A stretch of DNA of 64,000 bases from an uncultured Acidobacteriota bacterium. GTDB lineage: Bacteria; Acidobacteriota; Thermoanaerobaculia; Gp7-AA8. The notes beneath the pieces are model-generated. The model did not search any database and was not told the origin of the DNA. It saw only the letters and a program-made list of their open reading frames with translations. The position numbers were made by a program, and so were the translations under genes. The stretch covers positions 320,001 to 384,000 of the forward strand of contig CAVUKB010000004.1 in NCBI GenBank assembly GCA_963741955.1. Direction: 5' to 3'. Positions 29,285 to 38,507 of this stretch are shown here, piece after piece (the first letter of the stretch is position 1; every line of letters starts with the position of its first letter).

Positions 29285-30596
29285 AACGATTCCATTCATT
29301 CTCGCCGGAGCGGTGATCATCGTCGCGGGAGTCTCGGCGTTCATGATGACTCGCCCGGAGCCGCAGTGGACGACCTCTTCGCCCGCGGCACTCTCCGAGT
29401 TCAACCAGGGTCTCGACGCGGAGATGAAGTTCTATCAGCACGACGCGGCGGCGCATTTCAGGAAGGCGGTGGAGCTCGATCCGAATTTCCTCGCGGCGCG
29501 CCTGCGCCTCTTCATGGCGAGCGACATGAAGAAAGACGAGGTCGAGCCGTTGCGTCGGATCATCTCCCATGCGGATCTCGGCAGGCTCACCGATCGCGAG
29601 CGCTTTCTCGCCGGAATGTTCCTCGCCGCAACGGGGAACGATCGCAACAAAGCCGAAGCGATTCTTGATGCGTATCTGAAGAGTCACCCTCACGATCCGT
29701 TCGCACTCAACTTCCGTTGCGAGCAGCATTGGGGAAGGCAGGCGTGGCCTGCTGCGGAGAAGTGCTACCAGACTCTGATCCGTACCGACCCGAACTGGGT
29801 CCTCGCACAGAATCGCCTCGGCTACATCGCGATGGCGCAAGGACGTTTTGGAGACGCTGAACGGGCTTTCGAAACGTATCGTTACATCGCACCCGACCAG
29901 TCCAATCCTCACGACTCTCTGGGCGAGCTCCTCACGCTCCTCGGGCGTTACGACGAGGCGGAGAAGGAACTGAAGGAAGCGGTACGAATCCGTCCCGACT
30001 TCTGCGCGGGGTGGCAGCACCGGATCTCCCTCTACCTTCTCGCCGGACGGATCGATGATGCAGAGAAGACCCTCGACGAGTTTCGGCAGATCGGCTCCTG
30101 CAGTCCCGCGGTCGCGTCATTCGACTGTTCGGTCGCCGGATGGAAGGAGGCCGGGAGGGGCGACTGGAAGGGAGTGGCCGATGTTCTGGATCGAGGTCAG
30201 TGCGTCGGGATGAAGGGAGATGGACTCGCGCTGCGGCATCTCGCTGCGATCGAGCTGGGTGACTTCGACACTGCCGAGAAACTCGAGGCGATGCTCCGGA
30301 AGCAGATCGAGAGTATGCCGAGAGCGGGGCGGGATACATACGCGGGGCTCGAGCAGCTCGTCGGCTCGAGGCTCGTCGCGCAGCACCGTTACGACGAGGC
30401 GATCAGGACTCTCCGGGAGGCCGATTCGAACCTCTCCTACCAGGGTGATCAGCAGTGGCTGGTGAAGCTGTACGTCCGGATGCGGCTCGCCCAGGCGCTG
30501 GAAGCGAGCGGCGACGTCGCCGGCGCGAAGAAGCTCCGCGCGGAGATCGCTGCGGTCAACCCGAAGTTCGAGCAACGCTTTCAGCCGCTCCGTTGA
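29277..30596 (+). CDS. TPR-repeat protein with N-terminal membrane anchor/signal
   Basis: FRKAVELDPNF, AQNRLGY, PHDSLGELL..GRYDEAEKELKEAVRIRPDF; overlaps phosphatase stop. Confidence 0.85.
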   Translation: MRRTIPFILAGAVIIVAGVSAFMMTRPEPQWTTSSPAALSEFNQGLDAEMKFYQHDAAAHFRKAVELDPNFLAARLRLFMASDMKKDEVEPLRRIISHADLGRLTDRERFLAGMFLAATGNDRNKAEAILDAYLKSHPHDPFALNFRCEQHWGRQAWPAAEKCYQTLIRTDPNWVLAQNRLGYIAMAQGRFGDAERAFETYRYIAPDQSNPHDSLGELLTLLGRYDEAEKELKEAVRIRPDFCAGWQHRISLYLLAGRIDDAEKTLDEFRQIGSCSPAVASFDCSVAGWKEAGRGDWKGVADVLDRGQCVGMKGDGLALRHLAAIELGDFDTAEKLEAMLRKQIESMPRAGRDTYAGLEQLVGSRLVAQHRYDEAIRTLREADSNLSYQGDQQWLVKLYVRMRLAQALEASGDVAGAKKLRAEIAAVNPKFEQRFQPLR

Positions 30597-30705
30597 CGTG
30601 GCAACGTCCGCCGCCACTTGCGTGGCCTGAGTCCGCGAAGCGGACGACACACAGTCCGCTACGCGGACTCCATGCGGGCAACTGCGTTCGCCGGCGCCCG
30701 TCGGT

Positions 30706-33700
30706 CTACACCGCTGGCTCTTCTTCTTCGTCCGAGACCCACGGGAGGAGCGAGCGCACCCGTGATGCGATGCGCGCGAAGCTCTTCTTCTGCGCCCAGT
30801 CGTCGAAGATGCTGTAGAGCACCGGAGTTCCGACGAGCGTGAGAAGCAGAACGAGGGTCTGACCGCCGATGATCACCGAGCCGATCGCGCGGTTCGTGCC
30901 CGCGCCCGTTCCGCTGGAGGCGACCAGCGGAATCATCCCGGCGACGAAGGCCATGGTGGTCATCAGGATCGGCCGGAGCCGGTCCCGATTCGCGCGGAGG
31001 ATCGCTTCGTCGCGTGGCAGCCCTTCCGCGCGAAGCTGATTGGTGTGATCGACTTGCAGAATCCCGTTCTTCTTCACGATTCCGAACAGCACCAGGATTC
31101 CGAGTGAGGAGAAGATGTTGATCGACTGATTCAGGCCGACGATCGAGAGGAGAGCGAACGGGACCACCATCGGGAGGGCCAGGAGAATGGTCACCGGATG
31201 GATCCAGCTCTCGAACTGCGCGGCGAGGATCAGGTACATGAAGATGATCGAGAGGCCGAACGCGAGCATGAAGTTCTTTCCGGCCTTCTGCTGCTCTCGC
31301 GAGCGTCCGGTCAGCCCGTACGAGTACGCCGCAGGCATCTTCCGGGCGTCGGTGTCGGCCTTCAACGCGTCGATGATCTTCTGCGACGAGTAGCCGGGGA
31401 GCATGTTCGCGGAGATGAGCACCTGACGCCGGCGCGCGATGCGGTTGATCTGCGACGGTCCGGTGCCGTTCTCGACCTGAACCACGTCGCGAAGCGGCAC
31501 CGTTCCGGCGCTCGCGGAGGGGACTTCGGCCTGGAGGATTCCTTCCTCGTCGGTGCGGTACGCCTGATCCGCGCGGACGTGGACCTCGTACTGTTCGCCC
31601 CCTTCGTAGTAGTCGGTGACCTTCTGTCCCCCGACCAGGAGGTTGAGGGTCGACGCGACGTCCTGGACCCGCACGCCGAGATCGGATGCCTTGGCGCGGT
31701 CGATGTGCACCGCCATCTCCGGACGTCCGACGATCAGGTTCGTATCGACGTCCGCGATGCCCGGCATCTGTTTGACCTTCTCGACCAGCTCATCGGAGTA
31801 CTGCTGGAGCCTGCCGAGGTCCGGACCGCCGATCCAGAACTGGATCTCGGCATTGCTGCCGCTGCCGAACGCGTTCACCGGCGAGACCTGTGCGCGCAGA
31901 TCGAGCTTCCGGTATTGCGGGAGGACTTCGTTGCGGACTCGGGCCATCAGGTCGAACTGGCTCTCTTTCCGCTCCTTGACCGGGTCGAGCTTGACGTAGA
32001 CCTCGCCGTAGTTGCGCGTCCGCTGCGGGTCGTCGGCGATGTTCACCATGGTCGTCTCGACCCCCTTCAGCTGGCTCACGCGCTTTGCGATCGAATCGAG
32101 AATGGTGGTCGTCTTGTCGATCGACGATCCCTCCGGCGTGCGCACGTACACCGAGAACTGAGACTCGTCGTCGTTCGGAAGGAAGTTCTTGTTCGCGGTC
32201 ATGAAGAGCGGAACTGTCGACACGAAGACGACGAGCATCAGGGTGACGATCACCCAGCGATGCCGCATCGACCAGCGGAGAAGAGCCATGTAGAAGCGGT
32301 CGATGTACGCGTAGAACCCCTTCTCCCGCGAAGTCTCCTCGGCGGCGACGTCATCGCGCCGCAACCAGCGGGACGAGAGCATCGGGGTGAGAGTGAACGA
32401 CACGAAGAGCGAGACCGCCACCGCGGCCGCCATGGTGATGCCGAACGAGAACATGAAGCGGCCGACGATGCCTCCCATGAATGCGACCGGGAGAAACACC
32501 GCGATCAGCGAAAGAGAGGTCGCCATGACCGCGAGTCCGACTTCCTTCGTTCCGGAGATTGCGGCCTGGATCGGGGTCAGGTTTTTCTCTTCCATGTGCC
32601 GGAACACGTTCTCCAGCACGACCACCGCGTCGTCGATGACGATTCCGACCGCGAGGGTGAGGGCGAGAAGGGTGATCACGTTGAGGGTGAAACCGGCCCA
32701 CGCCATCACCGCGAACGTCGCGATCAGCGAAGTAGGGATCGCGATCGCGGCGATCATGGTCGGACGGAACTTCCGGAGGAAGAGGTAGACGATCGCCGCC
32801 GCGAAGAGGGAGCCGAGAAGGAGATGCTCCTTCACCGCATCGACCGCCGCGATGACGTAATCCGACTGGTCGCGGACGACTTCGACGTTCCATCCCTTCG
32901 GGATCTCCGGCTTCAGCTCCGCCAGCCGATCTTTGATGCGACTCACCACGTCGATGGTGTTGGTTCCCGACTGCTTCCGGATCGAGAGGACCACCGTCGG
33001 CTTCCCGTTCACCCGGGCGATCGACTCCGGCTCGGCGACGCTGTCCTCGATCCGGGCGACGTCACCGATGCGGATCACCGTGCCGTCACGCGAGGTGATC
33101 GGGATGGCGGCGAGCTCCTGCGGCTTCTCGACGCGGCCGTGGGTCCGGAGCGTCATCTCGCGCAGCCCCTGCTCGACTCGTCCGCCGGGGATCTGGATGT
33201 TCTGGCTCTGGAGGGCCTGGACGACGTTGGCCGCGGTCAGCCCGAGGCTGCTCAGCTTCGCCGTATCGACGACGACATTGATCTGGCGGGGCTGGCCGCC
33301 GACCAGAGTGACCTGTCCGACGCCGAGCACCGACTCGATGCGGCGGCGGAAACGCTTGTCGGCGTATTCCGTGATGTCGCGGATCGGCGCAGGCCCCGAG
33401 AGTGCGATGGAGAGAACCGGAACGGCATCCGGATCCATCTTCTGGATCACCGGAGGATCGGCGTCGCGGGGAAGGTCACGAAGGATCGTGTTCACCCGGT
33501 CGCGCACTTCCTGAGCCGCGACGTCGGCGTCCTTGTCGAGGTCGAAGCTCACGTAGACGAGGGACGTCCCCTCCGAGGAGACCGACATCAGCTGGTCGAT
33601 CCCGCTGATGGTGTTGACCGCCTCCTCGACCTTGTCCGTGATCTCGGTCTCCACTTCCTCCGGCGCGGCGCCGGTGAGGACGGTGGTCACGGTGACCATC

Positions 33701-33831
33701 GGGATGTCGACCTTCGGGAAGCGGTCGACTCCGAGTTTCTGGTAGGAGAAGAAACCGATCACGATCAGCGACAGCGTGAGGACTGACGCGAATACGGGGC
33801 GGCGAACGCAGATTTCTGCAAGTTTCTGCAC
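30706..33831 (-). CDS. RND efflux transporter (AcrB/AcrD/AcrF family)
   Basis: RRPVFA, GIVIDDAVVVLEN, KKNGIL, RLRPILMTT; 1041 aa. Confidence 0.97.
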   Translation of the reverse strand: MQKLAEICVRRPVFASVLTLSLIVIGFFSYQKLGVDRFPKVDIPMVTVTTVLTGAAPEEVETEITDKVEEAVNTISGIDQLMSVSSEGTSLVYVSFDLDKDADVAAQEVRDRVNTILRDLPRDADPPVIQKMDPDAVPVLSIALSGPAPIRDITEYADKRFRRRIESVLGVGQVTLVGGQPRQINVVVDTAKLSSLGLTAANVVQALQSQNIQIPGGRVEQGLREMTLRTHGRVEKPQELAAIPITSRDGTVIRIGDVARIEDSVAEPESIARVNGKPTVVLSIRKQSGTNTIDVVSRIKDRLAELKPEIPKGWNVEVVRDQSDYVIAAVDAVKEHLLLGSLFAAAIVYLFLRKFRPTMIAAIAIPTSLIATFAVMAWAGFTLNVITLLALTLAVGIVIDDAVVVLENVFRHMEEKNLTPIQAAISGTKEVGLAVMATSLSLIAVFLPVAFMGGIVGRFMFSFGITMAAAVAVSLFVSFTLTPMLSSRWLRRDDVAAEETSREKGFYAYIDRFYMALLRWSMRHRWVIVTLMLVVFVSTVPLFMTANKNFLPNDDESQFSVYVRTPEGSSIDKTTTILDSIAKRVSQLKGVETTMVNIADDPQRTRNYGEVYVKLDPVKERKESQFDLMARVRNEVLPQYRKLDLRAQVSPVNAFGSGSNAEIQFWIGGPDLGRLQQYSDELVEKVKQMPGIADVDTNLIVGRPEMAVHIDRAKASDLGVRVQDVASTLNLLVGGQKVTDYYEGGEQYEVHVRADQAYRTDEEGILQAEVPSASAGTVPLRDVVQVENGTGPSQINRIARRRQVLISANMLPGYSSQKIIDALKADTDARKMPAAYSYGLTGRSREQQKAGKNFMLAFGLSIIFMYLILAAQFESWIHPVTILLALPMVVPFALLSIVGLNQSINIFSSLGILVLFGIVKKNGILQVDHTNQLRAEGLPRDEAILRANRDRLRPILMTTMAFVAGMIPLVASSGTGAGTNRAIGSVIIGGQTLVLLLTLVGTPVLYSIFDDWAQKKSFARIASRVRSLLPWVSDEEEEPAV

Positions 33832-33850
33832 GTGATATCTCCCTCTGGGG

Positions 33851-34756
33851 TCAGTCCTTCAGATCCATCTTCACCCGGGCGAACATCCCGGGACGAAGGC
33901 GTCCATCGTGGTTCGGGAAGAGTGCTTCGACGAAGAAGGTCCGGGTCCGGCTGTCGATCGTCCCTCCGACGACGTTCACCTCGCCGTCGAACGCGGTTCC
34001 CGGGTACGGGTCGACTCCCGCGGTCACTTTCATTCCCCGGCGGACGGACGCGAGGTAGCGCTCCGGAACGTCGAACCGGAGCTTGAGCGGCGCGGTCTGC
34101 GAGATCACGAACGCGACGGTGTTGTCGGAGAGACGCTCGCCGACGTCGGTGTGACGGGCGACCACCACGCCGTCGAAGGGTGCACGGAGCGTGGCGTCCG
34201 CGAGGCGCTGCTGCGCGGTGCGGAGACCGGTATCCGCTGCGGAGAGGGAGGCACGGGCCTGCTCCCACGCAGCCTGCGAACGGTCGAACGTCGATTGCGG
34301 AATGGAGTCCTTCGCGCGGAGGTCTTTCTTGCGGGCGAAGTCGCTCGACGCCTCGTCGGCCACGGCCTTCGCCCGGGCGAGATCCGCGCGTGCGCGCTCG
34401 ACGTCGAGAGTGAAGTACTCCGTCTCCAGCCGTAGGAGCGGCTCGCCGGTCCGCACCCGCTGACCCTCGTCCACGAAGACCTTCGCCACTCGCCCCGGGA
34501 TCTTCGTCGCGAGCTCGCTGCGCGAGAGCGCCACGAGCTCTCCGGTCACGTCGAGGTGCGGCTCGGCCGCGACGCTCGTCGACGTCTCTGCGGACTCGTT
34601 CGCCGAAGTCGCGGGCGCGGCCGCCGACGCGAGCTGCTGGACGTCGGCCGGGAGAGGAGGATCGGTTTTCGTCTGCTGCGAGATGGCCGGTTTCGTGCAG
34701 GCGGTCGCGAGGACCGCGGCGGTGAGCACCAGAGTGCCGAGAATGAGACGTTTCAT
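33851..34756 (-). CDS. RND membrane fusion lipoprotein
   Basis: LATAC lipobox, RAPFDGVV, LRPGMFARV. Confidence 0.93.
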   Translation of the reverse strand: MKRLILGTLVLTAAVLATACTKPAISQQTKTDPPLPADVQQLASAAAPATSANESAETSTSVAAEPHLDVTGELVALSRSELATKIPGRVAKVFVDEGQRVRTGEPLLRLETEYFTLDVERARADLARAKAVADEASSDFARKKDLRAKDSIPQSTFDRSQAAWEQARASLSAADTGLRTAQQRLADATLRAPFDGVVVARHTDVGERLSDNTVAFVISQTAPLKLRFDVPERYLASVRRGMKVTAGVDPYPGTAFDGEVNVVGGTIDSRTRTFFVEALFPNHDGRLRPGMFARVKMDLKD

Positions 34757-36090
34757 GAATGCTTCTCCTCTCCGAGGGCGACGTTCTTGAGAGCTCCGGC
34801 GGCGTACCAGACGCGGAGCCGTGCGAGGTCGAGATCGAGGGTGGTGTTGACGACGGCGCGGCGCGCGTCGGCGAGAGACGATTCGGCCGACTGGAGGTCG
34901 AGTGACGTCGCTTCCTGGGCGCGGTACAGCTCGAAGACCTGCTTGTATTCGGCTTCCGCTGCGTCGGCCTCCTCGCGCGCGAGAGCGAGCGTAGTCTCGG
35001 CGGAGCGGAGGTCGAGCAACGATTTTCGCACGTCTTCGCGAACGATCTGGCGGCTCTCCGACAGTGCGAGCTGAGCCTGTTTCTCCTGCTCCTTCGCCGT
35101 CGCGACGCGGGCGGCGAACTCACCGCCCTGGAAGATCGGAACGGTGACACGGAGTGCTGCCTGCCCGTATTCGCTGGCCGGGAACTGCGACTTCTGGTTG
35201 ATGAATGCAGCGTCGGCGGTGACGGTCGGAAGATATGCGCCGCGTTGCTTCTGAATCTCGAGCTTCGCCATCCTGACGTAGTTCCGAGCCTGTGCGATTT
35301 CGGGTCGCGACGCCTCGGCGAGGCCGATCATCTCTTCTTCTCCGGGAACCGGACGAAGAGCGAGAGAGGGATCGCTGACTGCGATCGCGCCGTCGAGATT
35401 CAGATCGATTCGGAGCCTGCCGGCAGCGGTGTCGCGGGCCTGGCGCGCTCCGGTGAGCTGGCGTTCGGCGGCCTTCACGGCGGCCTGTGCTCGGAGGACG
35501 TCCACCCTGGTGACCTCGCCCGCCTCGTAAAAGTCGCGCGACTGCTTCAGCCGCTGGGTGGCGAGATCGACGTTCTGTTTCTCGACTGAGATCAGCTGGT
35601 CGCCCTGCACCACGGCGAGGTAGTCGGCGGCCACGCCGAGGAGCAGCCGGTCCTGCGCGGAGGAGAGGGACTCTCTCGTGTTGGCGATGTTCAGTTTCGC
35701 CTGATCGTACGCGCGGAGCTCACGACGGCCGGCGTAGATCGGCTGAGTCAGGGTGATCCGGTAGCTCCAGTCGTTCTCCGGAAGGATGGTCACGTCGTTC
35801 CCGGAATCACCGCCCCCGAATGTGACCTGGGTGCTGTTTCTGGTGACGTTGCCGCTGGCGCTGAGGTGGGGAAGGACACGGGAGAGCGCGATTCTCCGTT
35901 GCTCGTCCGCGATGGAAACGTCGAGCGCCGCGCGGGCGACACTCTGGTTCGCCTCGAGAGCGCGAGCGAACGCCTGGTCGAGAGTGAGTGGCTGCGAAGG
36001 TGCAGGCACAGCCGTGCTCTGCGAAGGCTGCTGTGCGAATGCCGCCGACGCCGCGAGGAAGAGTACGACGAGGATTGGTTTCGATCTCAA
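34753..36090 (-). CDS. TolC family outer membrane efflux protein
   Basis: Signal peptide, LTLDQAFARALEAN, YEAGEVTRVDVL, YLPTV. Confidence 0.92.
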   Translation of the reverse strand: MRSKPILVVLFLAASAAFAQQPSQSTAVPAPSQPLTLDQAFARALEANQSVARAALDVSIADEQRRIALSRVLPHLSASGNVTRNSTQVTFGGGDSGNDVTILPENDWSYRITLTQPIYAGRRELRAYDQAKLNIANTRESLSSAQDRLLLGVAADYLAVVQGDQLISVEKQNVDLATQRLKQSRDFYEAGEVTRVDVLRAQAAVKAAERQLTGARQARDTAAGRLRIDLNLDGAIAVSDPSLALRPVPGEEEMIGLAEASRPEIAQARNYVRMAKLEIQKQRGAYLPTVTADAAFINQKSQFPASEYGQAALRVTVPIFQGGEFAARVATAKEQEKQAQLALSESRQIVREDVRKSLLDLRSAETTLALAREEADAAEAEYKQVFELYRAQEATSLDLQSAESSLADARRAVVNTTLDLDLARLRVWYAAGALKNVALGEEKHS

Positions 36091-36710
36091 CCTTTCTTTC
36101 CTTTCCTGGATGTTCCTTCGAGAAACAGCGAAGTCACGAGATCCACGTCGTCGTCGATCGGCGTTCGTGTCCGGTCTTCGAGACGGCGGAGGATCACCCC
36201 CTTCAGCCCCTCGACGAAGAAAACGGCGAGACGGCCGGGGTCGACGTCGCGGAGCTCGCCCGCGGCGATCGCGCCGGCGAAGAACTCGGACATTCGTGTG
36301 GTCTGCATCTTCTGCACGGTGTTCCGCGAGTGGCTCGAGCGCGAGGGCTGCCGCTGCTCGGCCATCGCCACGAACGCACGAAAGAACTCCTGATTCCGGT
36401 CGAACGCCTCCAGCTGGGAGCGGACGAGCGCCCGCAGCCGGTCGGCGAAACTCCCTTCACTCCGGAGCGCTTCGTCGGCCTGTCCGGTCAGATACGTGCA
36501 GGCGTATTCGGAGGTTTTCTCGAACAGATCCTCTCGATCGCTGAAATAGAGATAGAGAGTTCCCTTGGCCACGCCTGCTTCATGGGCGACTTCCTGCATC
36601 GTGGCGCCGGCGAGACCCTTGCGGGCAATCACGCGCATGGCGGCTTCGGTGATCGAGGAAACGCGGAACTCTTCGACGACTTCTTCTTTTGATTTCTGCT
36701 TTGCGTGCAT
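36087..36710 (-). CDS. TetR/AcrR family regulator
   Basis: ATMQEVAHEAGVAKGTLYLYF HTH. Confidence 0.95.
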   Translation of the reverse strand: MHAKQKSKEEVVEEFRVSSITEAAMRVIARKGLAGATMQEVAHEAGVAKGTLYLYFSDREDLFEKTSEYACTYLTGQADEALRSEGSFADRLRALVRSQLEAFDRNQEFFRAFVAMAEQRQPSRSSHSRNTVQKMQTTRMSEFFAGAIAAGELRDVDPGRLAVFFVEGLKGVILRRLEDRTRTPIDDDVDLVTSLFLEGTSRKGKKG

Positions 36711-36731
36711 CGAGCAACCTCGTGGGTCAGT

Positions 36732-36752
36732 GAACCGACCGCGCGGTCATTC
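36732..36752. promoter_or_regulatory. Probable TetR operator
   Basis: Perfect palindrome gaccgcgcggtc (36737-36748) just upstream of tetR. Confidence 0.55.
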
Positions 36753-36858
36753 GATTTCACACCCCGGTTTTCTGTAACCGATTCGTCAAGGTTCAGAGCG
36801 CCTTAAGGGGCAGGGTTGTCCGCAATAATCCGCCGTCCCAATCCGTTCTGACCGGGCG

Positions 36859-37656
36859 ATGAAGAAATCCCTGACATTCGTGTGCGCGGTCGCTCTGGTG
36901 ATGGCGGCCGGCGGAACGACCGTGGCATCAGCGAGCGACAGCTTCGAGCCGATCAACGGAGCGAAGGAGCAGTTGCAGTACAACTGGCACCTGCGCGGGT
37001 TCCTGGGCTGGATCGCCGGGTTGCGGTTTCCGAGCTCGGGCGTTGGCGAGCTCCGCACCGTCGCGGGCTCCGAATCGGTGCAGAGCCGGTTGATGATCAC
37101 CACCCCGAGCGGGCAGGACGGCTTCTATCTCTACCAGTCGCAGATGGATCAGAGCGGCGAGAAGACGCTGATCAGCTACCACGGCTACGAGTGGGGCGGA
37201 AAGCGGCGGAAGATCCGGACCTTTTTCGATTACGTCAAGAACATCGCACGGATCCACAAAGAGACGAGCACAGAGACCGAAGACAAGATCAAGCCGACGG
37301 ACGGACGGGAGATGCGTGACGTCCTGACCGGGATCTTCTATCTGCGCCAGAATGCCGCGTCGATCGACGCGCCGATCACCACCACCATCTTTTCCGACGG
37401 CACGAGCTACCCGGTGCTGTTCCGTCCGATGGGAATGGAGACCCTCACGTTCCAGAGTCAGAAGATCCCGACCCGGGTGTTTCTGATCACTGCCGTGCCC
37501 GGGAGCCGGCATCGCTATCCGGGCGGGGTGAAGGTCTGGATCACCGATGACGCGAAGCGGCTGCCTCTGCGCATCGAGATCGAACAGACCATGGCGGCGC
37601 TCCGCCTCGACCTCCGGTCGATCGACGCGAGCGAGCTGCAGATCGCGAAACGCTGA
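36859..37656 (+). CDS. DUF3108-like secreted protein
   Basis: Signal peptide, EQLQY, DVLTGIFYLR, VWITDDAKRLPLRI. Confidence 0.75.
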   Translation: MKKSLTFVCAVALVMAAGGTTVASASDSFEPINGAKEQLQYNWHLRGFLGWIAGLRFPSSGVGELRTVAGSESVQSRLMITTPSGQDGFYLYQSQMDQSGEKTLISYHGYEWGGKRRKIRTFFDYVKNIARIHKETSTETEDKIKPTDGREMRDVLTGIFYLRQNAASIDAPITTTIFSDGTSYPVLFRPMGMETLTFQSQKIPTRVFLITAVPGSRHRYPGGVKVWITDDAKRLPLRIEIEQTMAALRLDLRSIDASELQIAKR

Positions 37657-37679
37657 GAATCGCGACGAGAGAAAAATCC

Positions 37680-37709
37680 AAAAGGCCGGCAGCAATGCCG
37701 GCCTTTTTT
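37680..37709 (+). terminator. Intrinsic terminator, probably bidirectional
   Basis: aaaaggccggca-gcaa-tgccggcctttttt. Confidence 0.9.
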
Positions 37710-37764
37710 CGTGAGTGACCCCAAGGACGATTCGGGAGGCTCCGCAACGACTCAGACTTCCTGG

Positions 37765-38116
37765 CCGAGGGGTGCGGATCCTCTGATCCGCCACCCAAGT
37801 CAAGTTCGGAGCGGATCGAGAGAGTGGCTGCGGCAGCAGCGGAGCCGTCCGTGCAGACGCTACGCGCTGAACCCGCATTTCTCAGACCATCTCTGCTGCG
37901 GAGCCGGATAGCGGCCTGTCTGCTGCGTTGAGCCCCGCTTCGGCTCCTCAACATAGTCACCACTATGCCTTCGTCGCCGAAGCGGGGCGCGCCTTGCATC
38001 CAAGCCACTCTCCGCCTCCTCGCGACGAGACGGTGTGAGAAATGCGGGTTATGCACAGACGCGGTCTTCGTCGCATCAAACACGATGTGCGCGGCGGATC
38101 GGAGGATCCGCACCCC
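37765..38116. repeat. Inverted REP pair related to the 144-bp array unit, interrupted by a MITE
   Basis: ccgaggggtgcggatcctctgatccgcc at 37765 and gcggcggatcggaggatccgcacccc ending near 38116. Confidence 0.75.
37872..38048 (-). mobile_element. 177-bp MITE-like element, copy 2 (inverted relative to copy 1)
   Basis: Reverse complement of 26450-26626 with few substitutions; same length and TIRs. Confidence 0.85.
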
Positions 38117-38507
38117 CCAAATGCATCGGAGCCGAAAGGTGCGGAGCGGTGTTCGTGAAGCCGGAGAGTGCCTCGGGACCTCTGTCCGATCGGCGGGACG
38201 TTTAGGGGAGGGCGTGATTCAGGAAGGCAAAAACTCTGGTGAGATATGAAAGCAGAGATCTGGGGTAGATCGGCCAGAGGCCTCCAGGCATTCTCCAGGC
38301 TTCAAAGAGCTGCGAACACTCGACGAGGGGACGAAACGTGAGTCACGCGATGCCGAGGAAAGATACGGCCGGTCGTCGTCTCGGGGCGGACCTCCGTCCG
38401 GGTGACTCGACGGCATCTTCACGTAATCTCACTGCATCATCATAACCGAATGGTGATTCGGTAAATGTCTGCCGCAGGTCCTGGTTGCGATCTGTTGCGG
38501 ATTCGTT

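Noticed and set aside
31198-33786. 862-aa plus-strand ORF, and similar long antisense ORFs at 902, 9581, 46966, 59393 and 62044
   Set aside because: Antisense shadows of real genes caused by high-GC codon bias; no motifs
38120-38500. Riboswitch or ncRNA in the gap after the MITE (GGCAAA seen near 38226)
   Set aside because: I could not match the rest of a c-di-GMP or other known consensus, and it lies between convergent genes; an Rfam scan would settle it
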